Notes under the pieces: generated by a model
Database searches by the model: none
The model's input: only the letters and a program-made list of their open reading frames with translations
Told to the model about the DNA's origin: nothing
Part shown: piece after piece, positions 20,449 through 30,598 of the stretch
Numbering within the stretch: position 1 is the first letter of the stretch
How the letters are laid out: each line of letters opens with the position of its first letter
Program-made: the position numbers and the translations under genes
Assembly (NCBI GenBank): GCA_963771465.1
Contig: CAVYTU010000015.1
Span: 1-64,000 of the forward strand
From: an uncultured delta proteobacterium
GTDB taxonomy: Bacteria > Desulfobacterota > Binatia > UBA9968
DNA: 64,000 nt
Direction of reading: 5' to 3'

Positions 20449-21907
20449 TCACACCCCCGGAAACGGAATCACGCCTTTAAACTTCGCGATCGTCTTCTCG
20501 CGCAGCTCGCGGCTGGACCGACTCACCTTGGGAAATTTATCTATCCACGGGAACGGCCGTACCGCATAGAAGATCGCCCGCCCGTTGGTGTGATCTTTGT
20601 TTTCTCTTTTCTCCGGCGGCATGCGCGGATCGAGCGGCGTGCTCCAGCAACCGTCGATGATATCGATATTGGTCGGCGGATCGACCCGCGTCATCATCGC
20701 CCACAGCACTTCTTTCATATTGGTAGGATCGATGTCGTCATCGACTACAACCACGTAGCGCCCGTTGCGATTGGCCGCCGCACAGCTGAGTGCCGCTTGG
20801 CCCGCCTGCTTGGCATGGCCGGCATATTTTTGCTTGATCGAAACGACAGTCATATAAGAAGTATGATTATAGACGCCGGCGATGTCTTGAATGCCCGCGC
20901 TCTCCAACTGATCCCACAACACGCCCGCGGAAATATGCAGATCCATTTTCACCGCGCCCGGCCACAGCGGCGCTTCGTCTTCGAGGATCGGATCGTCGCG
21001 ATGATAAATCGCTTTGATACGAATGATCGGCTGGTTCTCGCCGGTTCCAGTCGTACCGCCGGAATAGTAGCCCGGCCACTCGCCGAACGGACCTTCGGCG
21101 CGCGACTCCTCCGACGGCGGTGGAATCTCGCCTTCGATGGCGATCTCGGAAGACGCGGGGATCGGCAAGCCGGTGATCGGCCCGCGCAATACTTCCAGCG
21201 CCCGCCCCATCAATCCGCCGGAGATTTCCATCTCGGAACGGCCGTAGGGAAACTTCGTGTACGACGGCATGAACACCATCGGGTGCTGGCCGTAACTCGC
21301 CACCACCGGGCAGCTCTTGCCCTGCTCCCAATACTTGGCGCAAATCTGCCGGCCGTTTTGTCCGGGGCTCATCCACAGACCGAGCGTGTTCTTGTCGTGC
21401 AACTGCATCCGGTATGTGCCGGTGTTGACATAGCCGCTGTCGGGATCGCGATTGATCAAACCGCCGCCCGGACCGAAGTAGCGTCCGCCGTCGTTCTCGT
21501 GAAATCGCAGCGCGGGAAATTTGAGCAAATTGACATCGTTGCCGGTCAGCTTGTTTTCAAATAGCGGCGATGTGCCCACTTCCTTAGGCGCAATCGGCTG
21601 AACATTTTTGATTTTGCGCGCGGCGAGCCGAAGAATTTCCAGCTTCGGTTTGTCGGTCGGCAAGCCGAGCGCCAGCGCGACGCGCCGGTAAGCCGCATAA
21701 GGCAAACTGCAAACGCGATAGCCGGCCGGATAGCCTTTGACCTTGTCGAAAATCAACATCGGCGGCTGCGGCACCAAGCTCGGCGGTCGACTCGACCAAC
21801 GCGCCGATCTCGGCATCCCAATCCGCCCCTTCAATGATCCGAAAATCGCTGATCTTCTTCGCCTCTTCGATGAAGCTGCGAAAGTCTGTGTAGGCAAGCT
21901 CACTCAT
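20449..21907 (-). CDS. UbiD-family (prFMN-dependent) decarboxylase, 1-nt frameshift near 21776-21780
   Basis: N-terminus MSELAYTDFRSFIEE (AAGGAG RBS); DGGRY, NTGTYRMQ, catalytic EGPFGEWPGYY, VVVDDDIDP, LWAMMTR. Confidence 0.9.
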
Positions 21908-21934
21908 GAAAACTCCTTGAATTTTTTTTCCGCC

Positions 21935-21955
21935 CTTTGCGCTCTTTGCGGCTAA
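21935..21955. repeat. 9-nt periodic half-element (CTTTGCG type)
   Basis: CTTTGCGCTCTTTGCGGCTAA just downstream of the stop at 21959; same type at 58590-58617. Confidence 0.5.
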
Positions 21956-21958
21956 CAC

Positions 21959-22997
21959 CTATTCTTCCACAACCGAGATCTCCGACTTCACACCGTTCCG
22001 TTTCAACTCCTCCAAATACATCGGATGAATCTCCGGCGGCTCTTCGTCGAGCGGGATCATCTCATGCAGTTTCGTTCGGAAACGGTCCTGGCTAAACTTT
22101 GGGCTGCGCCCGCGCATGGCGAAGTGGCGCAAGGTTGAATGGCCGGTGTTGAAATGGCCGTGGTACATCAGATCGCCCGGCGAATAGATCGAGCCCGGTT
22201 TGATTTCAAAGCGGACACGCTGCTCGCCTTCGCGCCAGACCATCGCGAAGCCAGTGCCTTGAGTGACGCAAACGATCGCGCCGGGGCCATGGCGGTGAAA
22301 CAGGCTGCGGCTCCCCGCGGGGAATTCCTGCACATGGCAACCGTAGGTCGTGCCGGCCAAGACCGAAGCGCATGATCTTCACGCCCTTGCCTTTCATCGG
22401 ATAATCGTCGAGCGGAAATTCGTTGATGTCGGGAACTAAATTGGACTCCCACGAGCGCACGGTCAGTTTCTTGTTCTCGTTGAAAAACTCCCGGTCGGGC
22501 CGGAAGCGGTCGCGAAACTGAAACGGATTGCGGAAAATAAAATCTTCGTTGTGAAACAGATTGATCACATGGGGCGCATTGGTTCCGGCGAGAAAGCGCA
22601 CCGGCTCGTTGGATGCGTTGAAGTGCTGGTAGGAGACATTTAATGGAATCGCGAAGATCGCCCCCGCCGCCCACTCAAAAGTCTGTTTGGCATCGCCCTC
22701 GAACCAAACCGTCGTCGCGCCGCGCCCTTTGTGAATGTAGACCAGCGTCTCGAACATATGATGCTGCGGCTCGGTCTGTTTGCCGGCTGGAATTTCGCAG
22801 ATATAAGCATCGTGCTCTTGTTGCTCGCCCATATTCAGATAGGAACCCAACACTCCCATGCGCGCCCATGGTTTGACCTCGACGTCCATCAGATCTTCAA
22901 TAAAAAATCCCGTGACGGAAGGAATCCCTTCCTTTGCCTGAAACATTTCATAAGCTGTCGCCCCCAATTGAATCGGGTCGCGGTGTGGCAGTCGCAT
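21959..22997 (-). CDS. Bicupin protein, paralog 3, 1-nt frameshift near 22358-22362
   Basis: PQHHMFE...PLNVSYQHFN, then FHRHGPGA...MYHGHFN in the next frame; AGAGGAG RBS before MRLPHRDP. Confidence 0.8.
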
Positions 22998-23071
22998 CGA
23001 CGAAATACTCCTCTTTAGCACCAAGCGCAGAGAGTAACTCGCATCTTGGACGCATGTTTTCCCAGTAGTTT

Positions 23072-23100
23072 CGTATATGACGATGGCGCCGGAGGGTCAA
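23072..23100 (-). promoter_or_regulatory. Candidate sigma70 promoter for the minus-strand catabolic run
   Basis: On the minus strand TTGACC-N17-TATACG, about 75 nt upstream of ATG 22997. Confidence 0.35.
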
Positions 23101-23159
23101 GGCAGGATCCGCTGCACGGGAGCTGGACACACGCCGTAGCGCCAATGAACCGGAAACCT

Positions 23160-24098
23160 TTAGCCGAGAGCAACATGCGAAAATAACCCGCTGGCGAACA
23201 GTGCATCACTCGAAGCAATCAAGAGTTGCCCCAGCGAACGCCGCCAGGCTTTGAACTTTCCGCGCAGTCCCGATCTCCGTTTGCGGCGGGCGGCTAGGCC
23301 TAGTTCGAGCATTTTATCCACATAGAGCGTCGAATGTTCCGCCGCAATCCTCGGGTTGGGATTTAATGTCCAGTCCAGTTCGTAATCGTATTTAACGAGA
23401 AACTCTTGAAACAATGGGCGATAGAATTCGACGTCGACCGGAGTAAACCAATCGCGCCAGCCGCCGGCTTCTTTGGTGCGTTCCACCCGTCGATGTCTGG
23501 CATCCACCTCGCCGCTGAAGTTGATTCTAAAACCCAGGTACTGCTCCAATTGGTCAAACCGTTCAGCTATCAAATCCTCGTATTTATAAACGAAATAATT
23601 CGGATTGCCTGACCAAAACGCGCCCGTCGAGAGGAAAGAACTATGTCTGTCAACGCCGATGGTACCAAATAATTGAAACAATCGGCTCTGCAACTCCAAG
23701 AGGGAAATAGATGACGGGTCACGGCGCTTTTGCTCGACCCCGCTCAAAAAATGGTCGAGCTTTTCGCGATCCACGGGATCGTTCAGGTTGAAAAGGCGGT
23801 AAAGAAGATCACTGACGACAATATCGCGGGGGTCACGAATGAGGTAAATTCGCTTATCGAAGCGATCAAAATCTTCCGGCCGTTTGACCTTCGAGATGAT
23901 AACCTTGGCGAGTACTCCTTCGCCGGCTCGTTTCGGCACATACTGTACCGGCTCGAACTTATAGACATAATCCTTTGGCAGAGACTGTTTGAGTGCGTAG
24001 TACAAAGCGGTCGTTCCCGACTTGCCGGCGCCGGCGATAACTATTTTCAATCTCTGAGGGACATTGGCGGAACCTGTCCCAGTCTTCTCCTTTACCAT
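23160..24098 (-). CDS. Sulfotransferase-domain protein (start uncertain: 24098 or 24176)
   Basis: 5'-PSB motif IAGAGKSGTTAL, 3'-PB motif IRDPRDIVVS, KYEDL, GGWRDWFT. Confidence 0.75.
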   Translation of the reverse strand: MVKEKTGTGSANVPQRLKIVIAGAGKSGTTALYYALKQSLPKDYVYKFEPVQYVPKRAGEGVLAKVIISKVKRPEDFDRFDKRIYLIRDPRDIVVSDLLYRLFNLNDPVDREKLDHFLSGVEQKRRDPSSISLLELQSRLFQLFGTIGVDRHSSFLSTGAFWSGNPNYFVYKYEDLIAERFDQLEQYLGFRINFSGEVDARHRRVERTKEAGGWRDWFTPVDVEFYRPLFQEFLVKYDYELDWTLNPNPRIAAEHSTLYVDKMLELGLAARRKRRSGLRGKFKAWRRSLGQLLIASSDALFASGLFSHVALG

Positions 24099-24347
24099 CG
24101 CCGCGGCGAACCCTGTCACGCTACGGCTGACAAGTTCAAGCAACCGGCCTGGAGCGAAGAAAATATTTTGTTTCATGCGATAAAATCCTGCTGAGCGAAC
24201 GAAGCCGCGATTTACGTGCGGCAACGATCGCTGACGGTAAGCGATCAACGGCGGAATTGTCGATCAAATCATCTTGCTGCCCTTGCCAATATCACGCGAC
24301 TTGGGCTAAGACACAATTTCAACAATAATCCACAAAGAGGCAATACC

Positions 24348-25217
24348 ATGGAATATTTTGAACCAAAAACCGTCGGCGACGCATTGTCGCTGCTGGCCAA
24401 GCATGGCGCCGAAGCCAAGGTCATCGCCGGCGGCACCGACGTTATGGTCGACATAAAATTCAAGGAAGAACCAGGCTCGCTGGTAAACATCAAGAAGATT
24501 CCCGGTCTGACCGGCATTAAAGATAATGGCGCGAGCCTGCGCATCGGCGCGCTGACGACGATCCGTGAGCTCGAGACCAGCGCACTCCTGCGCGACAAAT
24601 TACCGGTGCTCTGGGAATCGGCGCATCAGTTCGCTTCCTTGCAAGTGCGCAACACGGCGACCATCGGCGGCAACATCTGCCGCGCTTCACCCTCGGGCGA
24701 AACCTTGACGCCGCTGTTGGTGCTCGATGCCAAAGCGATTCTCGCCTTCTCCGACGGCGAGCGCAGCGAACCGTTCAGCACCTTTTTTCAGGGGCCGGGC
24801 AAGAGCGCGGCCGGCGCCAAGGGTTTGTTGACGGAGATCGAAGTGCCGATCCCGCCGGCGGGCAGCAAAGGCGTTTACCTGAAACACGCCGTGCGCGGCG
24901 CCATGGATATTGCCATGGTGGGCGTCGCGGTCATGCTCACGCCGGACGCTGGCAAAAATACTATTCAAGATGTCCGCATCGGTCTAGGCGCAGTCGCGCC
25001 GACACCGCTACGCGCCCCGAAGACCGAAGCGCTGCTGCGCGGTAAATCGCTTACCGCGGCGCTGGTTAAAGAAGCCGGCCTCCTGGCGGCCAGCGAAGCC
25101 AGCCCGATCAGCGATCAGCGTAGCAGCGCCGAGAATCGCCGCTGGATCGTCGAAGCACTGACCCGCCGCGGTCTGGAACAAACCTGGAAGGCCGCCACCG
25201 GCAAGGAGGTAGCGTAA
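24348..25217 (+). CDS. Xanthine dehydrogenase family FAD-binding subunit (CoxM/CutM-like)
   Basis: IAGGTDV, QVRNTATIGGNIC, GAVAPTP; AAGAGG RBS; TAATG overlap with the next gene. Confidence 0.9.
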   Translation: MEYFEPKTVGDALSLLAKHGAEAKVIAGGTDVMVDIKFKEEPGSLVNIKKIPGLTGIKDNGASLRIGALTTIRELETSALLRDKLPVLWESAHQFASLQVRNTATIGGNICRASPSGETLTPLLVLDAKAILAFSDGERSEPFSTFFQGPGKSAAGAKGLLTEIEVPIPPAGSKGVYLKHAVRGAMDIAMVGVAVMLTPDAGKNTIQDVRIGLGAVAPTPLRAPKTEALLRGKSLTAALVKEAGLLAASEASPISDQRSSAENRRWIVEALTRRGLEQTWKAATGKEVA

Positions 25218-25693
25218 TGAGCGTCACGATCAATACAATAATTAATGGTAAAGCGGTCAGCGCCAGCGCCGACGCGTCGACATCGCTGTTGGAATTTATC
25301 CGCGACACGTTGGAAATGAAAGGCAGCAAGCTTTGCTGCAACACCGGCGAGTGCGGCGCCTGCACGGTGATTTACAACGGCAAACCGATCAATACTTGCG
25401 TGACCATGGCCGCCGATGCCAACGGCGCTGAGATCATTACCATCGAAGGCCTCGCCGACGGCGACAAGCTCCACCCCGTGCAGCAAGCCTTCGTCGACAC
25501 CGGCGCGGTGCAATGCGGCTACTGCACGCCAGGTTTCATCATGTCAGTGAAGGCACTGCTCGACCGCACCAAGAAACCCACGGCGGAAGATATCGAAGAA
25601 GCGGTGTCCGGCAACATCTGCCGCTGCACCGGTTACAACAAAATCGTCGACGCGATTCATCTCGCCGCCGATCGCATCGCAGGGAGGGCTTAA
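25217..25693 (+). CDS. Xanthine dehydrogenase family [2Fe-2S] subunit (CoxS/CutS-like)
   Basis: CNTGECGACTV and QCGYC...CRCTGY. Confidence 0.95.
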   Translation: MSVTINTIINGKAVSASADASTSLLEFIRDTLEMKGSKLCCNTGECGACTVIYNGKPINTCVTMAADANGAEIITIEGLADGDKLHPVQQAFVDTGAVQCGYCTPGFIMSVKALLDRTKKPTAEDIEEAVSGNICRCTGYNKIVDAIHLAADRIAGRA

Positions 25694-25696
25694 GCC

Positions 25697-27985
25697 ATGG
25701 CCAAAGCAGAACTCAAAATCATCGGTTCGAGCCCGGCCCGCATGGGCGGTATCGACCGCGTCGTCGGCAAGGGCGTTTACGGCATCGATCTGATGTTGAA
25801 AGACCAACTGCACGGCGCCATCCTGCGCAGCCAATACGCCCACGCCAAGATCGTCAGCATCGACACCAGCGAAGCCAAAAAAATCCCCGGCGTGCACGCC
25901 GTCGTCACCGCCGACGACGCCCCGAACGTGCGCTACGGCCGCAGCTACATCGACCGCCATATTCTCGCGCGCGGCAAAGTTCGTTTCATGGGCGATCCAG
26001 TCGCCGCCGTTGCCGCCGACACGCCGGCCATCGCCAAACAAGCATTGAAAAAAATCAAAGTCGTCTACGAGCCGTTGCCGGTGGCAATCGACCCCGAAGA
26101 AGCGACCAAGCCGGACGCGCCGACGCTGCACGACGACATGCCGCTGCCGAAAACAATTCCAGCCGACGGCAAACTTAAAAATATCTGCGGCCACGCCGTC
26201 GTCCATGTCGGCGATGCCGACAAAGCGATGGCCGAAGCCGATCTCGTAGTCGACGAAGTTTACGAGACGAAAATGATCCACCCGCAGTATCTGGAGCCGC
26301 GCATCGCGGCGGCGCAGATGGAGCCCAACGGCCGGCTCACCGTGTGGGCTAACGCCCAAGCGCCGTTCCCAGTGCGCCAAGAAACCGCAAAAATGCTCGG
26401 TCTACCGCTCAACAATGTGCGCGTGATCTCCGCCGGCTTGGGCGGCGGTTTCGGCGGCAAAGGCAGCGGTATCACCTCCGGCGGGGCCGTCGAGCCGATC
26501 TGCGGTCTCTTGGCGATCAAAGCCAAGCGGCCGGTGATGATCGTCCTCGACAAGGCCGAGGAAACGATTTCGACGACCATCCGTGCCGGCGCCCGCATGT
26601 ACATCAAAACCGGCGTGAAAAAAGACGGCACCCTCGTCGCGCGCACCGGCAAAGTTTTTTACGACGCCGGCGGTTACTCGGGCTTTGGCGTCCAGGCCGG
26701 GGGCCGCTGCACCAACATGCTCGGCGGCTGGTACTTGATACCCAACTGCCACATCGAAGGCTACACTGTCTACACAAACAAACAGGTCTGCGGACCGGTG
26801 CGCGGCCCCGGCGGCCCGCAAGCGGCTTTCGCAGTAGAATCACATATGGATTCCATCGCCGCTAAACTCGGCATGGACCCGACGGAGTTTAGGCTAAAGA
26901 ACACACCCAAAGCCGGCGACAAAATCGTCGGCGTGGCCAAGCTCCGCGATGTTTCGCTGGGTGAAACGATTCGTATCGCGAAGGAAAACATCGGCTGGGG
27001 CAAGGTAAAGCTGGAAAAAAACCAGGGCATCGGCATCGCCACGGGCTCTTGGATCGAAAGCGCCGGTCCCGGCGGCGGCGCCATTGTGAAAGTCAACGAA
27101 GACGGCTCGGTGACGGTGCACATCGGCAAGATCGACATGGGCACCATTCCCGGTTTCGGTATTCCCATGATTGTCGCCGAGGAGCTTGGCATTCCGGTGA
27201 GCGATGTCACCGTGCTCAACGTCGACACCGACGCGAGCCCGTGGGACGCCGGCACGGTCGGCAGCCGTGGCATCCTGGTCTCCGGCGGCGCATCTCGACT
27301 CGCAGCCATCGACGCGCGCAACCAGCTTTTCAAAATGGCCGCCGGAAAACTGGAAGCGAGCCCGGACGATTTGGAGATCATTGACAAGCAAATCCGGGTC
27401 AAAGGCACGCCGGCAAAGAGCGTGGCTTTAGCCACCGTCGCTACCGACGCGCACAACGTCATCGGCGAAGTCATCGGCCGCGGCTATTGCGACAACTTGC
27501 AGCTGGTGGCCGAAGAAAAAGCCCATGGCAGCTCGCAGCCGTTCACGACTCACGCCTGTATCGTCGAAGTCGACACCATGACTGGCAACGTGAAAATATT
27601 GAAATACGTTGCCGTCCACGATATCGGCCAGCCGATCCATCGAGCAGCCGCCGAAGGTCAAATCGAAGGCGCCGCCGCCATGAGCATCGGCCAAGCGCTC
27701 TGCGAACAAGTCGTCTTCGACAAAGACGGCCGGACGATGAATCCATCTTTCGTCGACTATCTGATGCCGACCATCAACATGATGCCGCGCATCGAAACGA
27801 CTCTTGTCGAAGGCTACCCCGGCGCCGGCCCCTATGGCGCAAAAGGCGCCGGCGAAATCGCCTGCGTTCCACCCATGGCGTGCATCGCCAACGCGATCTT
27901 TAACGCCACCGGCGTGCGCATCAAAACATTGCCGTTGAGTCCGGAGAATGTGCTGCGGGCGTTGAAGGAGGCGGGGAAGGCGTAG
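25697..27985 (+). CDS. Xanthine dehydrogenase family molybdopterin-binding subunit (not a CO dehydrogenase)
   Basis: GGGFGGK, VRGPG, GQIEG, catalytic GAKGAGE; lacks the CoxL AYxCSFR/AYRGAGR loop. Confidence 0.9.
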   Translation: MAKAELKIIGSSPARMGGIDRVVGKGVYGIDLMLKDQLHGAILRSQYAHAKIVSIDTSEAKKIPGVHAVVTADDAPNVRYGRSYIDRHILARGKVRFMGDPVAAVAADTPAIAKQALKKIKVVYEPLPVAIDPEEATKPDAPTLHDDMPLPKTIPADGKLKNICGHAVVHVGDADKAMAEADLVVDEVYETKMIHPQYLEPRIAAAQMEPNGRLTVWANAQAPFPVRQETAKMLGLPLNNVRVISAGLGGGFGGKGSGITSGGAVEPICGLLAIKAKRPVMIVLDKAEETISTTIRAGARMYIKTGVKKDGTLVARTGKVFYDAGGYSGFGVQAGGRCTNMLGGWYLIPNCHIEGYTVYTNKQVCGPVRGPGGPQAAFAVESHMDSIAAKLGMDPTEFRLKNTPKAGDKIVGVAKLRDVSLGETIRIAKENIGWGKVKLEKNQGIGIATGSWIESAGPGGGAIVKVNEDGSVTVHIGKIDMGTIPGFGIPMIVAEELGIPVSDVTVLNVDTDASPWDAGTVGSRGILVSGGASRLAAIDARNQLFKMAAGKLEASPDDLEIIDKQIRVKGTPAKSVALATVATDAHNVIGEVIGRGYCDNLQLVAEEKAHGSSQPFTTHACIVEVDTMTGNVKILKYVAVHDIGQPIHRAAAEGQIEGAAAMSIGQALCEQVVFDKDGRTMNPSFVDYLMPTINMMPRIETTLVEGYPGAGPYGAKGAGEIACVPPMACIANAIFNATGVRIKTLPLSPENVLRALKEAGKA

Positions 27986-28017
27986 CCCACACATACCTAG
28001 AAATAGTTCAACGCAAG

Positions 28018-28045
28018 GGGCGACCATCCGGTCGCCCTCTTTTTT
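28018..28045 (+). terminator. Rho-independent terminator
   Basis: GGGCGACC-ATCC-GGTCGCCC followed by TCTTTTTT, after the Mo-subunit stop. Confidence 0.8.
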
Positions 28046-28288
28046 AGTGGTCAAGAACCACATTCGAATAGAGGCTGGCACATGCTCGCGAGCTTCTCGC
28101 GGCTCATGAATTCCTCTCCTCGGTGCGATTGCGCCCATCGAGCTACACTCTGCGATGCAGCGGCGGTAGCGCCAAGGAGAAATTACAAGAACGAGCTACA
28201 ATGCGATCGATTCTCGCCTAAAAACCAATCGCTCTGCGACACACCGGTGACAATTTGCTAATCGCCTCGGTGAAACCACGGTCACGAA

Positions 28289-28319
28289 TTGACAATATGC
28301 CGACGCCTCCGATAAGAAT
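28289..28319 (+). promoter_or_regulatory. Candidate sigma70 promoter
   Basis: Perfect TTGACA followed 18 nt later by TAAGAAT, upstream of the 28379 gene. Confidence 0.35.
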
Positions 28320-28378
28320 GGATGTTGCGCGTCGCGTAGTCGCGAAGCGACGCTGAATATAATCTCGGGAGATACGTC

Positions 28379-29419
28379 TTGTTAAACGGCAAACTAAGAA
28401 TCGCTCCGACCTGTTATCACGTGCTTCATCTCTTTCCGGTCGTGTCGGCTCATGAGATGGGTTTTTTCTACGATGCGGGACTTAAATCAGACGACGGTGA
28501 ACCTGGCTACGAAATCCTGCGGCAAGCGATGGTGCCCTTCGGTCTGGAGAAGCTCGGGATCTCCCAGGCGATGAAAGAACAGTCGGTGGACATCGCGCTG
28601 GACGTGCAGTCGCGAACGGTCTTTTACCAACGCTCGCGCGGCGCCGACCTCTACATCTTATGCGGCTGGCGCAACCAGCACACCAACGTCTGGGTCGGCG
28701 CGCCGCATATCAAGACGCTGAAAGATCTAAAGGGGAAACGAGTTGGCATTAGCGATTTCAACAGCATCCGCCACTGGGCGATTCAGATCCAGCTGCGCAA
28801 GGCCGGCTTGGATTTGGAAAAAGATGTCGAATGGGTCAGGGGCATGTTCCATCCCGTCCATTTGCCGGCGCTCAGAAGCGGCCAAGTTGACTGCATCCCT
28901 TGTAAGCCGTGGCACGCGGAAATACTGATCAAGGAAGGCTGCAACGCCTTGGTCAAACCTGCGGACCAATATCCTAATGGGCGCCCGGAACGGATCATCG
29001 CCGCCACCGGCCGCATCCTCGAGGAACGCCCCGATCTGGTAAAGAGCTTTCTCAAAGGCATGATCCGTTCTTATTGGTTTTGCCGCGACATGCCGAAGAA
29101 TTTTGAGTATATTCGCCAGCTGGAGAAGCGACTGCGCTACGCCAGCGCCGACCCGGAAGAACGAAAGATCAAAATTTCCAGCGCCGCGCCGGTGGATTTA
29201 GAGGCGATGCCGTTTCCCATTGACGGGCTCGCCACGGGATTTGAGGACATGCTGGCCGAAGAAGAGAAGCTCGGCGAGCTTAACTATGAAGTTCCGTCGA
29301 TCAAGGACGTGTGCGCGCAAGACTTGGTTGCGGAAGCCTACAAAGAACTGATGGAACAAGAAGAGTTGAAGGAAGAATATCAGAGAGTCGCTGCTATAGC
29401 ACAAAAGTGGGGTTACTAA
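28379..29419 (+). CDS. Periplasmic-binding-protein type II fold (SsuA/NMT1/DszB-like) protein without a signal peptide
   Basis: AHEMGFF, IKTLKDLKGKRVGIS, ALRSGQVD, RPDLVKSFLKG; TTG start after GGGAG. Confidence 0.75.
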   Translation: MLNGKLRIAPTCYHVLHLFPVVSAHEMGFFYDAGLKSDDGEPGYEILRQAMVPFGLEKLGISQAMKEQSVDIALDVQSRTVFYQRSRGADLYILCGWRNQHTNVWVGAPHIKTLKDLKGKRVGISDFNSIRHWAIQIQLRKAGLDLEKDVEWVRGMFHPVHLPALRSGQVDCIPCKPWHAEILIKEGCNALVKPADQYPNGRPERIIAATGRILEERPDLVKSFLKGMIRSYWFCRDMPKNFEYIRQLEKRLRYASADPEERKIKISSAAPVDLEAMPFPIDGLATGFEDMLAEEEKLGELNYEVPSIKDVCAQDLVAEAYKELMEQEELKEEYQRVAAIAQKWGY

Positions 29420-29468
29420 TAACAAGGCGACGTTAACTGACAGTCGCCAAACATAAAGGAGATAAGAA

Positions 29469-30507
29469 GTGGAATCAAAAACATTTCGGAACGGTATCTT
29501 TTCTGCGCTGGCGTTATTTTCTGACGCTGGCTTTTTCGCTCCAGCCGGCTGGGGCGCAGTCCGGCGATAGTCCCTTCAAGGGGCAAACCATCACGATCAT
29601 CGCGGGCTCTTCTCCGGGTGGAGGAACTGACAGTTTGGCGCGGCTGCTGTCGCGCCATTTCAGCAAGTACATCCCTGGAAATCCCAAGATAGTCGTTAGC
29701 AACGTAGCCGGGGCCGCCGGCCTGATCGCCGCCAACAATCTTTACAACAAGTCGCCCAAGGATGGTACTGCGATCGGCACCATGGCGACCGGCTTGACGT
29801 TCCGCACCGCGTTGAAGGACTCGGCCATCAAATTCGAACTGGAGAAATTCACCTACCTGGGTCAAATCGCCTCGGAAGGCAACTTCGTCTACGTCAGAAG
29901 CGAGACGCCGTTTACCAGCATCGAAGCGATCAAGAAAGCCAACAAGGAGGGCAAGAAGCCCAAGTTCGGCGCCCAGGCGAAGGAGCACAACTCCAATGTC
30001 GTTCCCATGGCCATGGAGGCGATCTTAGGCATCGACGTCGAAGTCGTTTACGGCTATCCCGGAACGGCGGAAATATTGCTCGACATAGAGCGCGGCGCAC
30101 TCGACGGGCGTGCTCATGCGCGCGGATCGCTGTTTGCAACCAGAAGCAACTGGGTGGAAAAAAACTTTATCAAGGTTTTGGCCGTCACTTCGCCCCAACG
30201 TGATTCGCGGCTGCCGAACGTGCCGACCCTTGAAGAAATCGCTCCAGCGGATAAGAAGCCCCTGTTAGAAGCGATGTACTCCGTGCAGGGACGGACTTTT
30301 GCAATGCCGCCGGGGGTTCCTGCTGACCGGGCTAAAATCCTGCGCGATGCGTTTGCCGCCATGTTCAAAGACAAAGACTTCCAACAAGACGTCGACAAAC
30401 TGGGTTGGAACGATGAGCTCATTCGCGGCGAGGATCTGAACAAGAAAGTAGACGCGCTGGTCCACAATGAATCGGCGATGGGCTTTTTTCGCAAAATCTT
30501 ACAATAG
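29469..30507 (+). CDS. tctC: Tripartite tricarboxylate transporter substrate-binding protein (TctC/Bug), 1-nt frameshift in the T-run near 29517-29520
   Basis: AAAGGAG RBS and GTG 29469; SPGGGTDSLARLL, NVAGAAG, PKDGT, YPGTAE, PPGVP. Confidence 0.85.
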
Positions 30508-30537
30508 CGAGTAGCGATTCGTTTCGTTGCATCGAAG

Positions 30538-30560
30538 AACCCCCGGCCATGGGGGTTTTT
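30538..30560 (+). terminator. Intercistronic terminator/attenuator hairpin between tctC and tctA
   Basis: AACCCCC-GGCCAT-GGGGGTT followed by a T-run. Confidence 0.65.
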
Positions 30561-30598
30561 CGTATTCAGCAATTTGAGAAACATCGGGGAGATACCCA

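Noticed and set aside
20362-21564. 400-aa plus-strand ORF and other long overlapping ORFs (14227-15171, 19435-20235, 48806-49654)
   Set aside because: Antisense shadows of well-supported genes in high-GC DNA, with no motifs.
25697-27985. Aerobic CO dehydrogenase (coxMSL)
   Set aside because: The active-site loop is VRGPG, not AYxCSFR or AYRGAGR, and there are no cox accessory genes.
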